A stretch of DNA of 64,000 nucleotides from Selaginella moellendorffii (Eukaryota > Plantae > Lycopodiophyta): assembly GCF_000143415.4 (NCBI RefSeq), contig NW_003314345.1, positions 266,574 to 330,573 on the forward strand, read 5' to 3'. Under the pieces are notes generated by a model. That model had not been told where the DNA came from. It ran no database searches and worked only from the letters and a program-made list of their open reading frames with translations. Every line of letters starts with the position of its first letter. Within the stretch, counting starts at the first letter, position 1. Shown one piece after another: positions 1-12,727 of the stretch. The position numbers were made by a program, and so were the translations under genes.

Positions 1-2410
1 TGGGTACAGTCAACATCAATCTATGAAACCTGCTCCTAGCAGAACAGGTAGTGTGGGTCATTGCTTCTATTGTGGAGAAACAAGATATAGGTCCTTGGAA
101 TATCCCAACAAACATAAAATAAGGTATCATGTTAATATCATAAGGGAAAACGGTGGTGGTGAAACTGAAGGGGTTAATGCAAACTATAAGGAAGAGGAGG
201 TGAGTTATTTTTGTTACTTTCCTTAAGTTTTTCTCGTAGTAAATGCAAACATTGATCCATTAATATATTTGATAAGCTTTGTCTGTGGACACCGAATCTG
301 AGTGATAATTGACATAGGAGCTACACACAATATGATATCCAAAGACTTAGTTAAGTTGTTAGAATTGAATGTTAAGCAGATGTCACTTATACACTTCCAA
401 TTTGCGAAAGGTGGGCAAGTAGCTAGAAAATTTGTGAGTGATGTTCCAATAAAAATATTCAAGTGGAAAAAAAGAGTGGACTTGGTAGTGTTGAAGATAC
501 CAAATTTTCAGATAGTGTTTAGTATGGATTTCTTCAAAAAACTTATAAAAGGGATTTATGGTGCTGGACAAAATTGCATCATATTGAGGTCGGTAGGATG
601 TCTTGTTATGTCCTTCCAGCTGCAAAAGCAAGATGCTAAGTTCTTGATTGCGATGTAAGCCACAAATTTTTTCTTTCCAATTTGCCAGCTTACCTCATCT
701 ATCCGTCCAACACTGCCTTGGCTTTTGCTAAGTTCCCTCGCCAAGGTTCCCGCCTATGGTACCAGCTCTTACCTGGTCTTACTTGGTTTCAGCTACTCAC
801 TACACGAGCAACGAAGTGTTAGCCATCCATCCACGAATTCCCAAATCTCTCCCAATCCCCCTCCCCGGGTTAGACTGGACTTAAGGTTCAGCTACACTCC
901 CCACAAGCACAAGTAGCCAAGCATACCAAGTTTCCAGGTTCCTAACATTCCATGGTACCACAAGACTTGATCATGGGACCCTCTAAATCCCAAGTCTCGG
1001 GTGCAACACTTGCTTCGGGACGCCGAGGCGAAATATCGTGGCCTAACGGCCCGGTATGGGTACCTCTACCCCCCCACTTCCATCCCGAAGGGAAGGTCCA
1101 AGCCCCTAGGAAGGGCGAGGACCAATGAGCCGCACGGTACTCAAGTAGGGCACCACTCTACATGAGCCGGGAGCACCGCAGTCGGTTTCCCTTTTGGGAG
1201 TGGGAGCTGCTCTTGAACACTTCCTTGGATGGCCCCTCCAGCACCAACCAAGTCCATGCTCACTCCCACCCAAGGCCCCTCGGTCCTAGTCCCAACCTCA
1301 AGTCAGTTTGGAAGCCCTACTGGAGAGTTCCCTCAAAATTGGTTCCTAGACCTCACTATCCCTACTATACTTTTGGAACCCCCTACAGCCCCCCCTCCCC
1401 TGGGGGACGCACGCTTTGGGCTTTCACCCCTTGACCCGTATTAGTACTCAGACTTAGTCTCTGGCTCGATCTCGGATCCGACTTCGGATTCGGTCTTGGA
1501 CTCGATCTCGGACTCGATCTTGGACCCGATCTCGGACTCGACCTCGGACTTGACCTCGGACTCGGTCTCGGACCCGATTTCGGATCTCGGACTCCGTCTC
1601 GAACTCGGTTTCGAACTCGGTTTCGAACTCGGTTTCGAACTCGGTCTTAGAGTCGGTCTTGGACTCGATCTTAGACTTGGTCCCATCCGATGAACTCTTT
1701 ATCATTTTGGTCATGCTTTCGGGGCTTCTTTAGCCTACGACACCTCGGCGAGTTGGTTCCTTACATGCGAGAGCCGCTCAAAATGCAGCTAAGAAGGGAT
1801 GTTAGACATTTTGGGTTCAAGTGATGGAAGTTAAGGGTCTTAGTGACTCAGTACAAATTGGTGATAGGGTTAATCTTGTACCAAAGGAGATATTGGAGTT
1901 GTTGGTAAGGAATCAGGATATCTTTCCAAAGGATTTGCCACTAGCGCTACCTCCTAGCCATGAGGTTGATCATTGGATTGAGGTTGTTCTGGGTTCTAAA
2001 CCACCTACAAAAACTCAATATCATCTAAAAATTTTTTAGATGGCTGAACTCAAGAATTTACTTATAGAGCTTCTTGACAAAGGTTATGTTTGACCAAGCA
2101 AGTCACCTTATGGAGTTCTAGTCTATTTTATTATGAAAAAGGATGGTACTATGAGGATGTGTATTGATTATCGAGCTCTTAACAAGATTATGGTAAAAAA
2201 TAATTATCCTTTGCCTCATATGGATGACTTATTTGACCAACTCTTAAAGGTTAAATACTTTATGTGGCTTGATTTGCGGTTTGCATATCACTAGATATGG
2301 GTGGCAGATCAAAATGTGCAAAAGACAGCCTTTCAGACTTAGTACAAGTCCTATGAATTCCTTGTCATGCCGTTTGGGTTATGCAATGCTACGGCAACAT
2401 TCAGCAAAGG
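1..2410 (+). mobile_element. Old degenerate Ty3/gypsy gag-pro-RT fragment, interrupted by a solo LTR
   Basis: Decayed zinc knuckle CFYCGETRY (ORF 23-226) and aspartic protease IIDIGATHN (302-658). RT motifs [22 protein letters not shown] and [11 protein letters not shown] lie at about 2100-2400 with many stops. Truncated at about 2410. Confidence 0.92.
654..1765 (-). mobile_element. Solo LTR of family A with 5-bp TSD TGCGA
   Basis: TG...CA ends. Reverse complement of the LTRs at 54938-56089 and 60269-61418. TGCGA at 649-653 and 1766-1770. Confidence 0.96.
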
Positions 2411-3100
2411 ACTTCCACACCATGTGACCATAACCTTGGTCACTACACCAGAGGACTACCCTTCCTCCTTTCCACAGTTTAGAATTTTGGGACAACATTT
2501 CGGAACACCGTGGCCCTATGTGAGCCTCATGAATACTCTCCCTGCCTTCCGCCTTTGGGTGCTCTAGCCATGGGCTTAGAGCGAGGTTCCGTTAAGCCAT
2601 GCTAGGTATCCAAGTAGGTAGTGCTACCCATGCTTGGACTGGAAGCATTGACCATTTGATCTCCCAGGGGAACTAGACCCAGCTCTTAAACACTTCACCA
2701 AACTACCTCACTTGTCAGTCCATATTCACTCTAGCCTTGGACCTCCCAGTGGTTATCTCATCACCCCGCACCTGGGTACAACCTTCCTGGGTCAAACTGT
2801 CCTTTCTTACCTAAACTGGCTCCACTAGGGTCCAACCCCCACACTCTCCCTACTATACTTTTGGAACCCCCTACAGCCCCCCCCCCCCCCCCCCCCCGCC
2901 ACTCTGGAGGATGATCGCTTTGGGCTTTCACCCAACAGGCTATATTAGTATTTGGACTCGGACTCAGACTAGAACTTAGACTCAGACTCAATCTCAGTCT
3001 TGACTTTGGACTCGGACTCGGTCTTGGTCTTGGTCTCGGTCTCGGTTCCATCTCGAACTCCATCTCAGACTCATCTCAGATTTATCTCGGACTCCATCTC

Positions 3101-4235
3101 TGTCGCGCATATGACTTCGGGTATCGAAAGTTACCTGTCGACTAGTCCTTACGGACACTCTTACCTTACTGCCACGATGGCAGGAGGTCGGTATTGCTGG
3201 GCCCGTTATCAGTCTCCGCCTAAGCTAGTTGAGAAACTGGTCATCACATGTGCACTTAGACCGGAAGGGCACTAAGGAAGGAAATCCTAAGTTGTCATTT
3301 AGTCAAGCAGACTTGACACGGTGATGAGAAACTCATGATGTTGGCTTGCACTTACTAGTGTTAGGAACCCCCGCGATATTGAGCTTGGTCTCAATATTGC
3401 TAAATGATAGCTTACCGTGTCTGCCAAACACCCTCGCTATTATGCCCTTTGTGTTAGTCTCGTTTCGGTCCCAAATGCTATTTATGGAAAGTGTCCAGAT
3501 TTGCTCATTTGGCATATCTACGGAATGTAGAGATCGTCCTGAACACAATGGTGTTCGTCCCGTGTCCAAATTCGCAATCTAGGGACATTCCATATTTAGT
3601 AAGTTTCGAGCTTGTCCCAGAGACTAACTCCTGATACTAAGGGAGGCTTGGGGTGAAAGCCCAAAGCGTGTGTTCCTCAAGGGGGGGGGGGCTGTGGGGG
3701 GTTCCAAATGTATAGTAGGGATAGTGGGTAGGTCGGGCATGGCTGACCAACCTGAGGCATAGTCTAGCTCCCGCTTGCGTGCCTGTCCTTGTTCTGCGTC
3801 CAGCTTGGGTCTAAGCCCAAGTTCCATTCCATGCTAGTTGGTGGAGTACCCATATCCTCACGTTAGGCCACCGGTATGCCGAAATAGCGCCAGACTCCGT
3901 TTGGCTCCATTTTGCGTGCTGGTTCTAGCATTGGGATGCTAGTTGCTCCAGGACTGTTCCAAGTCGCTCCGGGCTCCTGTCCCTTCGCTCCTTGGGCTTT
4001 ATGCTCGGGAGTTGCTCCGTGGTTCGGTTCCGTCACTCTTTGGCTCCATGCTTGGGAGTTTGGCACCGTTCCTTCGTTTAGTGGCCCAAGGCCCTGAACC
4101 TCAGGTTCCTATGGACACGTGGCATGTGACAAGTGGCATCTGTCACGTGGCACAAAGAGGGTTTAGGTTCCACTTTGTGGTGTTATCGTATGGTAAATCA
4201 CCATAGGATAAAGGGTCAAAACCACGTGCGCTACA
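3101..4235 (+). repeat. 5' LTR of element C
   Basis: Direct repeat of 9224-10371 with TG..CA termini. Confidence 0.95.
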
Positions 4236-4237
4236 TT

Positions 4238-4248
4238 TGGTATCAGAG
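4238..4248 (+). promoter_or_regulatory. Primer binding site, tRNA-iMet type (TGGTATCAGAG)
   Basis: Begins 2 nt after the LTR end; canonical plant PBS. Confidence 0.9.
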
Positions 4249-7200
4249 GATGAGTCTGGGCGAGTACTATCCAATGAGATTGGGCAACTAGTCTCGTTGC
4301 ATACGCAGAGATGAAGACGATGATCCGAGTGGGTACACGTTTGGTGCAAAGGGTTCACATTCGTTCCTTGGGTATGGTTTTGGTTACCTTTTGTACCATA
4401 TTCTGTGAGCTTGAGCTTGGGCTCATAAAAGGGATTGAGTTGTTCTGGTTACACGAGTTTACGCTTGGGCTCGTGAGTGAGGCACATTAGCAACTTAAGG
4501 TTACACTTTGAGTTGGCAGGGTTAATGTTAGCCTATCGGTGGTTCCATAAGTTGTTCCATGTACCGTGGGTAAAAGCAAACCTTCCCTAAGTTTGCTATG
4601 AGTGGCAAATAGGCTGGTCCGTAGCTATTTAGCATGGCACTAGTAGATCCTTCCTAGGCATGATTACAAGTGGATCAATCAAGACTGTAGGGATTAGTCT
4701 ATTGGTTCAAGTAATCATTGCCGTGCTCTCTCATAAACTTTTCTTGGATTGGACTGAAGGCAGTGCAAACGCAAGCTTGAGGTTTAGTCAAAGATGAGAC
4801 CGAAAAGAGAGTCGTCGGGGACGAAGGATCAAACACGTAAATCATTTTCTTTTCTTGAGGAAATGATTCGCAATGAGGTGTTAACTCATTGCTCGTGTTG
4901 ACATCATGCAATCAAGAGTCATTACCTTGATGCATTTTGGAGATGATGGTCTTACAAATGGTGAGTTATGGGATGGATAGCAGTGAAGTGCTATATCATT
5001 TTGTCTAGGCTTGCTATTGGAAGACTTGAGTTGCAATGCTCAATTCTTTTCCGGGGAACCTTGCTATTGCTCCTTGAGTAGCTTGGTATTGGGTTAAGTT
5101 TTGAGTTTGGTCGAAAAGCGAGTGGCATGAGCTTGTCCATGTTGTGAACAAAAGTTGGTGGTGTTCAGTGTTGTAAATCTCTATTGGTGGAGTGTGGCAT
5201 TTATGTTGCATTTTGTCGAATTGAGTTGGCACTTGATGCTCACATAAACCTTTGAAGTAATGACATGGGTGTTGTTCGTGGTGTTGCTCAATTGATGATC
5301 AAATCATTGTGATTTTGTATCATATCCATGTGATAATGAGCAATGTGTTTACGAAGTTGCTTGGTTAAATGATGATCAACCCCAAAGTGGTTGATGGTGA
5401 AGCTAGTCTACTTGCACGAAGTAGCATTGTATTAGCTTTGACTGGATTCTCAATGGTGGTCCATTATGCTAAGCTTAAGTTGGTTCCTTTTTTCCTTGAG
5501 TTTGCCCACTAAGGTGTTGGAAAAGGGTTGTAGCATTCACTTGCTATGGCTTGTCAGTTGGCCCGTTAACACTTGGAGTAAGTTATTGGATGGAGAAAGT
5601 GTGTAGTTGAGGCATTGACATTGCTAGCACTTGTGTTAGTGGAAGTGGCATTGTTATTTCAAGTGATGAGGATTTTCCTTAGAACTTGATTTTCCATGTC
5701 ATTTTTCTTGTTAGTGTTTTAGCTTCACATTGGATCTTGAAGGTGGTTGAAGAAGAGTGTTAGTGCAATATGGATATCCGAAGATGTGGTCTTCGTGATC
5801 AAGCCTTGGATGTTCCATTTGCATTTTACGGATGTCGGAGTTGGATGTCGGAAGTATGGGTAAAAAAAAAAAAAAGATGTTCGAGGCTTAAGCATACTAT
5901 GGGTCATGAGAATTTGTGTTGAGGTGAACCTATGTGAAGTTGTTAGTAGGAGGAAGTTGGTTGAGTCTTGAAAGTTTGTATTCCTGGACTGAGAGTCATT
6001 CTTTCTCTAGGATGGAAATTTTCCACAAATTTTCTTAGACTTTTTCAATGGCTGATCTGTTATCACTTTGTTCGAAAACCATTCCGTTTTCATAAGCCAA
6101 TACAAACTAGTGAAGGGGTTGGAGTTGACTTCGGTTAGCTTAGACCTTAGTAGATAGTTTGTATGATGCGGCCCGAAAGGGATACTAACTTTTGGGGCTA
6201 AGGCAATTGAGTTGGATAGAGTCTGGAGTTAATGTAGAAAAGTGGCCGTTGCACTTTTCTAGAAAGGTGACCCTTGTGCCTTTCTTTTGTAGCGTTATGC
6301 TTGGTGGCAAGTTGCACTTTGCATTTCGTTAGACTCTATGAGAGTAATGAGCTCTCACTGATCTTGACTTGGTCTTGGTGACCCTGCACCTTGGCTAAGG
6401 ATGGTGATGTTCAACTTAGTTGTTTGAGTTTGAGATGTTAGTACTCATATTATAGCTTTGTCTATGAGGAGGTTGTGTACCGATATGAGTTCATCTCATG
6501 GTCTTCACTTTAGTTTCGACTGAGTGTTGATCATGTATAGCTAGCCTCTTCAAGGCATGCTCAGAGCTGTTGGCTAAGTGCATTAGTGAGCTTATTGCGG
6601 TTGAGTTGGATTCGAGTGGTCATTTAGTTTGTGCTTGTCAATGAACTTTTATCTCATACCGAAGGTATCAGGTTCATGTTAGACAAGTATATGACTCGAT
6701 GACACAAGTTTAGTGTTTGGGTCTTTTGAAAGGCAAGACAAGTGATTGTTGGTTGCTTTGCAACTAGTGATTGTTTGTAAACTTTGTCAAGGGCTTTTGA
6801 CACTTGCTTCACTCGATGATGATTTAGCAGTGATGGGCTTGCTTTACCGGATGGTGTTGCGGAGGATCATGTTGTTAGACTTACATGGGTTTCCTATGTT
6901 GGTTTGTTGACTCTACCTCTCTCGATATCATTTGGTTGCGTTTAGTTCGTGGTGTTGGATTTCATTGAGTCTTGGACGTGGTGATTCACTCCTTGAGGAA
7001 GTGTTATCTGTAACTGAGTTTTGCTAAAGGATTGGTCTCGGATACTAACTAAAAGTATCTTCGACCTTGGTTAGCTTGGTTGCTAGAGAGCTTTGAGTGG
7101 TGATACACTCGTGCTTTCTTCTAGCTTTGTTCTAGTGTTGGTGGCATTGAAGTGATGCCTTGTCGTTGACATTGTTGATGTTGAAATTTTAGTGAAATGA

Positions 7201-9210
7201 GATGTTTCTCTACAAGATTGATACCGAGTTTCATTAGTTTTGATGAAGATAGTGTTGATGATTTGGCTATAGCTTTGTGTTATTGGCATTTGTGCATGTG
7301 CTGGTTAGCAACTGTATTGACGTTCAAGTGAACTGAGTGGCAAGTTGAGTTAGTTGTGTTCTAGACGAGATTATTTAGTAGGGGTTAAGTTTTGGCTTTT
7401 CCTTGAAAAGTGATTCAATCGTGGACTATACTAACTCTACAAGCGGAAGAGTTAGTGATTGATATTGGAAGGTTTGAATCTTTATTGGATTTGAGTTGGA
7501 ATATATCGATTATTGATGATTCTTTTTGTGCTTGTTATGAAGTGAGTTACGTTTTGCTATAGATGGATTCATGGAGGATCGTTTGGTGATCACTTGTTGA
7601 GCATAGCTTCGTTATGCTTAGCTTTTGGATTAATGCAGACATACTCTTCATTAGCTTTGCATTATGAAGTTTAGCTTATAGATGTGTTGAAGAGGATATT
7701 GTGGGTTGTACCATGATTTCTTCTTTAGCATTGACGTTAGTCCATGCGAGACTCGTGATCATTATTAGGCAAGACTTGGCTATAAACTTCTTCGAGCTTT
7801 TGGTTCTTTGAGTTTTCATGCTCATTGTTCCATTTGTTAGGAGTTGTTGAGGGAAGGCATTTTGGCTCATTAGCTTCAATGTTGACGTTAGTATTTGCAT
7901 CTAGCAATCATTGGTGATGATTGACTATCATCTAAGATAATTGATTATCCTTGTCCAGGGTTTTGCTTGATTATTGTTGGTATAGAATGATTTGCTGTTC
8001 TTCGGGATAGTAGATTTTTTCTTCAATGATGATTATGCATTTCTCTATTGATAGGATGATTAATGATCTTTTATGGTGGTTAGTTGTTCTCTTTGATGGC
8101 TTGTGGCTTTTCGCAATATCATATGTTCTTTGTGATTTGCTTTGGATTGGTCTCTTGGGTTTGAGACATCGATAGGATGTTGCTAACACTTACTTAGGCA
8201 ACTTCAGTTCCTTGGTGTTGTTGGCTGGGATCTATTCGGATTAACTAGCGTGATAGTTGGCATAAACGAGTGTTTGTTGGTCTTGCCACATTCATTCTGT
8301 TTTGTTGATTGTTGCTCGAGTTAGTTCTTATAGATTGGGATGTTATTTCCTTTAGGTAATACATTCGCGAGCATTTTGCTTGCTAGTCAATGATACTTTG
8401 TGTTCTTTGAGTTATCTTTCGTAAGTTGTTTGGCATTCTGTCTGCAATCTTTAATAGTTAAACTTTATCATTGAGTTTACTTGATGATATACTTGCTATT
8501 GAATTTTGTTGATGGTGAATCCTATGTTTACCAACTATAATGATCATGGTGGTTCCTACACTATTATACTGGTTTATCGGATGATAACTTGCTTAGAATA
8601 TTATTATGTTCTAATCTAAGATATAATCATTGATAATTAAGTCTCTAAGATATCATTGTCTCTGACTTTGATATTGTCCATCTATTAATCTTTGAGTTTA
8701 GGCCAGTATAGGCAGACTAGCTTCGGCACTTTGTGTGCATGTTGAAATCTCTAGTCATGGGGTAGCTACTGTCGACTGGTCACATAACCCGCCTCTTTGT
8801 CGATGTTCCTTGTTCCGTTAAAAGGGCGTGACCGTGTAAACAACTCTAACTGCCTGTTTACAGTAGTCTATCTAAACCTTACCGACGGGTTTGGTTTCTT
8901 TGCTTAGGAGGGTTGGGGCCTCTGGCTTCTCTCTCTATGTTCCTGCGGGCAGGGGCATATCACACTTTTGTAAGCTGGGTGACTCCCAGAGCAGCAAGGG
9001 TGGCTGACTCCGTTGGTCATTTCCTTGTCGGCGACGGCCGGAAGGTGTCTGAGCTGGTAGCGCATCTGCGTTAGACAAAGAGGTTGCCTCCTAACTCATT
9101 TAAGTTGGTGCATTTCTCACATAGTGTGAGTACCGTGAACTTTTTCTGGAGTTGTTTCCTTGGCGGTATTCTAGACTCGAGTATGCATCGACGAGGACGT
9201 CGATCTTCCC

Positions 9211-9223
9211 TAGGGGGGGAGAG
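9211..9223 (+). promoter_or_regulatory. Polypurine tract of element C
   Basis: TAGGGGGGGAGAG immediately before the 3' LTR. Confidence 0.9.
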
Positions 9224-10371
9224 TGTCGCACATATGACTTCGGGTATCGAAAGTTACCTGTTGACTAGTCCTTACGGACACTCTTACCTTACTGCCACGA
9301 TGGCAAGAGGTCGGTATTGCTGGGCCCGTTATCAGTCTCTGCCTAAGCTAGTTGAGAAACTGGTCATCACATGTGCACTTAGACCGGAAGGGCACTAAGG
9401 AAGGAAATCCTAAGTTGTCATTTAGTCAAGCAGACTTGACACGGTGATGAGAAACTCATGATGTTGGCTTGCACTTGCTAGTGTTAGGACCCCCGCGATA
9501 TTGAGCTTGGTCCCTCAATATTGCTAGATGATAGCTTACCGTGTCTGCCAAACACCCTCGCTATCATGCCCTTTGTGTAGTCTCGTTTCGGTCCCAAATG
9601 CTATTTATGGGAAGTGTCCGGATTTGCTCATTTTGCATATCTACGGAATGGAGAGATCGTCCTGAACNNNNNNNNNNNNNNNNNNNNNNNNNNNNNNNNN
9701 NNNNNNNNNNNNNNNNNNNNNNNNNNNNNNNNNNNNNNNNNNNNNNNNNNNNNNNNNNNNNNNNNNNNNNNNNNNNNNNNNNNNNNNNNNNNNNNNNNNN
9801 NNNNNNNNNNNNNNNNNNNNNNNNNNNNNNNNNNNNNNNNNNNNNNNNNNNNNNNNNNNNNNNNNNNNNNNNNNNNNNNNNNNNNNNNNNNNNNNNNNNN
9901 NNNNNNNNNNNNNNNNNNNNNNNNNNNNNNNNNNNNNNNNNNNNNNNNNNNNNNNNNNNNNNNNNNNNNNNNNNNNNNNNNNNNNNNNNNNNNNNNNNNN
10001 NNNNNNNNNNNNNNNNNNNNNNNNNNNNNNNNNNNNNNNNNNNNNNNNNNNNNNNNNNNNNNNNNNNNNNNNNNNNNNNNNNNNNNNNNNNNNNNGCTCC
10101 TGTCCCTTCGCTCCTTGGGCTTTATGCTCGGGAGTTGCTCCGTGGTTCGGTTCCGTCACTCTTTGGCTCCATGCTTGGGAGTTTGGCACCGTTCCTTCGT
10201 TTAGTGGCCCAAGGCCCTGAACCTCAGGTTCCTATGGACACGTGGCATGGACACGTGGCATGTGACACGTGGCATCTGTCACATGGCACAAAGAGGGTTT
10301 AGGTTCCGCTTTGTGGTGTTATCGTATGGTAAATCACCATAGGATAAAGGGTCAAAACCACGTGCGCTACA
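9224..10371 (+). repeat. 3' LTR of element C (contains assembly gap)
   Basis: Repeat of 3101-4235 on both sides of the N run. Confidence 0.93.
9668..10095. other. Assembly gap (428 N)
   Basis: Run of N. Confidence 1.
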
Positions 10372-12727
10372 ATCTCGAAGTCCATCTCGGGTCCATCTCG
10401 GACACCATCTCGGGTCTATCTTAGACTCCATCTCAGACTCCATCTCGTGTCCATCTCAGACTCCATCTCTCTCAAACTCCTTCTTGGACTCAATTTCGGA
10501 CTCCATCTCAAACTCCTTCTTGGACTTCATCTGGGACACTTCCACGTGTTATGTGTTGGTCCTTTTGTATCGCTTTTTTAGAGGCTCACTTATTGCTCAC
10601 TTTGTGCTTGTTCTTCAAGCACTTCATTGGGAGTTCCACTCCCTCTCTCGATTTTTCGAATCAAAGCCTTTAGTTTATATGTGTTACTTCATTTGGAGTC
10701 TGCCTCAGCCACTACCATGTGGCACCTTTTCGGCTCCTCTTTTGGGGCCTAGGGATTTTATGTCTCACACCATTGCTATAAAGAATGAGGACTAGCTCTG
10801 CCGAACACAATTGTAAATGGTAACATATGGCAACAGACTAAGCAATAAAAGATAAACTCAATTTTGTATTATCTAACATAGAGAGAACAATAGAAAACTT
10901 CTTATTATAAAAACAAGCTTGGAAAGTAAAAGCTAGATGAATTAGTGTCGAGTGAAGATAGTAATCCTGAAAGAAGGATAGAGGGGTCATTAACTTAATC
11001 GTGTAAGAACCTTTCATTACTCATACGACTCCTCATTTCCTAGAAAGATCTCTATATTAAGACCTTCCATTGCAATAGCACTAATATGACATTATTTACA
11101 CCAAGACCTCCACCCATAAAATAGAGGACATCAATCTAAAAAATACTGACAACATTGATATATATGGCTAACCTTATCACATGCCCATCACTGAACATCA
11201 TGACCATGACCACACCCTATCCTTAAACATGGGTTGCAATAGTATTAACCTCCACTGGAACAAAATCCTTTTCCATAAGAAGTGGAGTTGAAGTATATGT
11301 AACGACAAGTGAAAGAGATGGTGTTTCATAACATTGTGTCAATTAAAGAGTGTTATCAAGGTGGTGGGAGCAAGTGCATGTATAAGGTCTACAAGATTTT
11401 AATGAAATATTAGCCATAACATTTCTGACTTGATTCACTTTAATATATTTGGTTTTTGCACAAAGCAAGAGGTTCTGAAAGCAAATACAAAACTACATTA
11501 CTGACTTATACAGCTTCTGAAGAAGATGATGCAAATGTTAAATTGCATCATCATAATCGTCAACATATTCAAATGCATGCTTAAAAATATTTAAGAGAAG
11601 GCTCCAATCCTTATAAGTGACTATACTCAAACTATTGTACCACGACAACACCATCTCTATAAGGAACTTACACAAGTGCTAAGCATTATTCCAAAAATGA
11701 TAAGTGGTAATCATTGTAAAATGATCGAACCAATAGTATATATCATTCCGAGGATTCCTAAAGAAGAACTCTAATTGGATGTAAGGGTTGGCAACAAAAG
11801 TGTACCACACACTATGAATGCCACTATCAAATGAGTTTGATTGGTCATTTATAACTATATAGCATTGAGTATTTTCACCAATTGCTACTCTAAAGTCAGA
11901 GGAAGAGGAAGCTACTACTCTACCATGAGAAAAACTGAAAAACTATTAAAAAAATAAAAAGAGATTTAAACAATATAAAAATTAGATCTAAATCAAAAGC
12001 ACAAATCAAAACATTTATCATGGACAATCAAAGTTTCCCCTTATCATTACTAATGTAAATGTATATATGGAGTATAGAAATTTTTATATTTGATTTTCTA
12101 CAGTAAGAACTCTCTAAAAATAAAAAAAACTGACATATCTGGACAATAATAATATACAAACCCATGACAAAGCCTGAAAACCCTAACTTATATACAAAAG
12201 TGAGTGGTTTAGATTGAAACAAGTTCAATAATTACTAAAATCCTATTATATTAATAATAGTATATGGCATCATAGTCTTACACTTAGATCTCACAACCTA
12301 AATTTTGCCATGTTTAAATTGATGTATATTACAACTTTATTAAGTTATGTTCTTTCTTTTCCTCTTTTCATGAGTCATGCAAACTTTAATTATATTTTGG
12401 TTGGTAATGAATATGCCTAGAACATATTCTAGGATATTCTACCATCTAAAATTATTATTCACTTAGATTGATTTTGCATTTATAAATTATAAACTTTCCT
12501 AAATACTTTTTAGTATATACTAGTTTATTCTACCATCTTATGCAATAATATTAACCTTATATTTATAAATTACAAATATATTTATATTTATAAACTTCAT
12601 ATTGGTAAATTACATTAGTAAAAAATAATAAACAGGAATAAAAAGCCACACATTGTTGTGGAAAATATGCAGAAAGTTAAGTTTTTAATCTTATAAATTA
12701 CTATAATTTATATTAATAATTTATTTT

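Larger units (their letters stand above)
3101..10371 (+). mobile_element. Complete LTR retrotransposon (family C) with decayed internal region; TSD ATCTC
   Basis: 5' LTR 3101-4235 and 3' LTR 9224-10371 (TGTCGC...CTACA). ATCTC at 3096-3100 and 10372-10376. PBS and PPT present. Only vestigial pol-like motifs: PLHFSRK at about 6246 and GLLTLPL...LDFIE at about 6901-6970. Confidence 0.93.
2411..10769 (-). mobile_element. Truncated LTR of family B (2411-3100 plus 10377-10769), split by insertion of element C
   Basis: Both halves match 49521-50470 and 51050-52007. The terminus TGTCTCACA at 10761-10769 is the reverse complement of the TGTGAGACA start at 49521. Confidence 0.85.

Noticed and set aside
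1441-1714. Repetitive ORFs (RVRDRV..., SDSISD..., ETEFE...), also at 51408-51911, 54989-55303, 60320-60641 and 62131-62884
   Set aside because: Translations of hexamer tandem arrays inside LTRs, open in several frames on both strands; not genes
3318-3345. Hammerhead ribozyme (retrozyme) in LTR C near GTGATGAGAAAC
   Set aside because: Lacks the CTGAnGA core and the three flanking stems
9541-10302. Long ORFs across the N run
   Set aside because: Artefacts of the assembly gap
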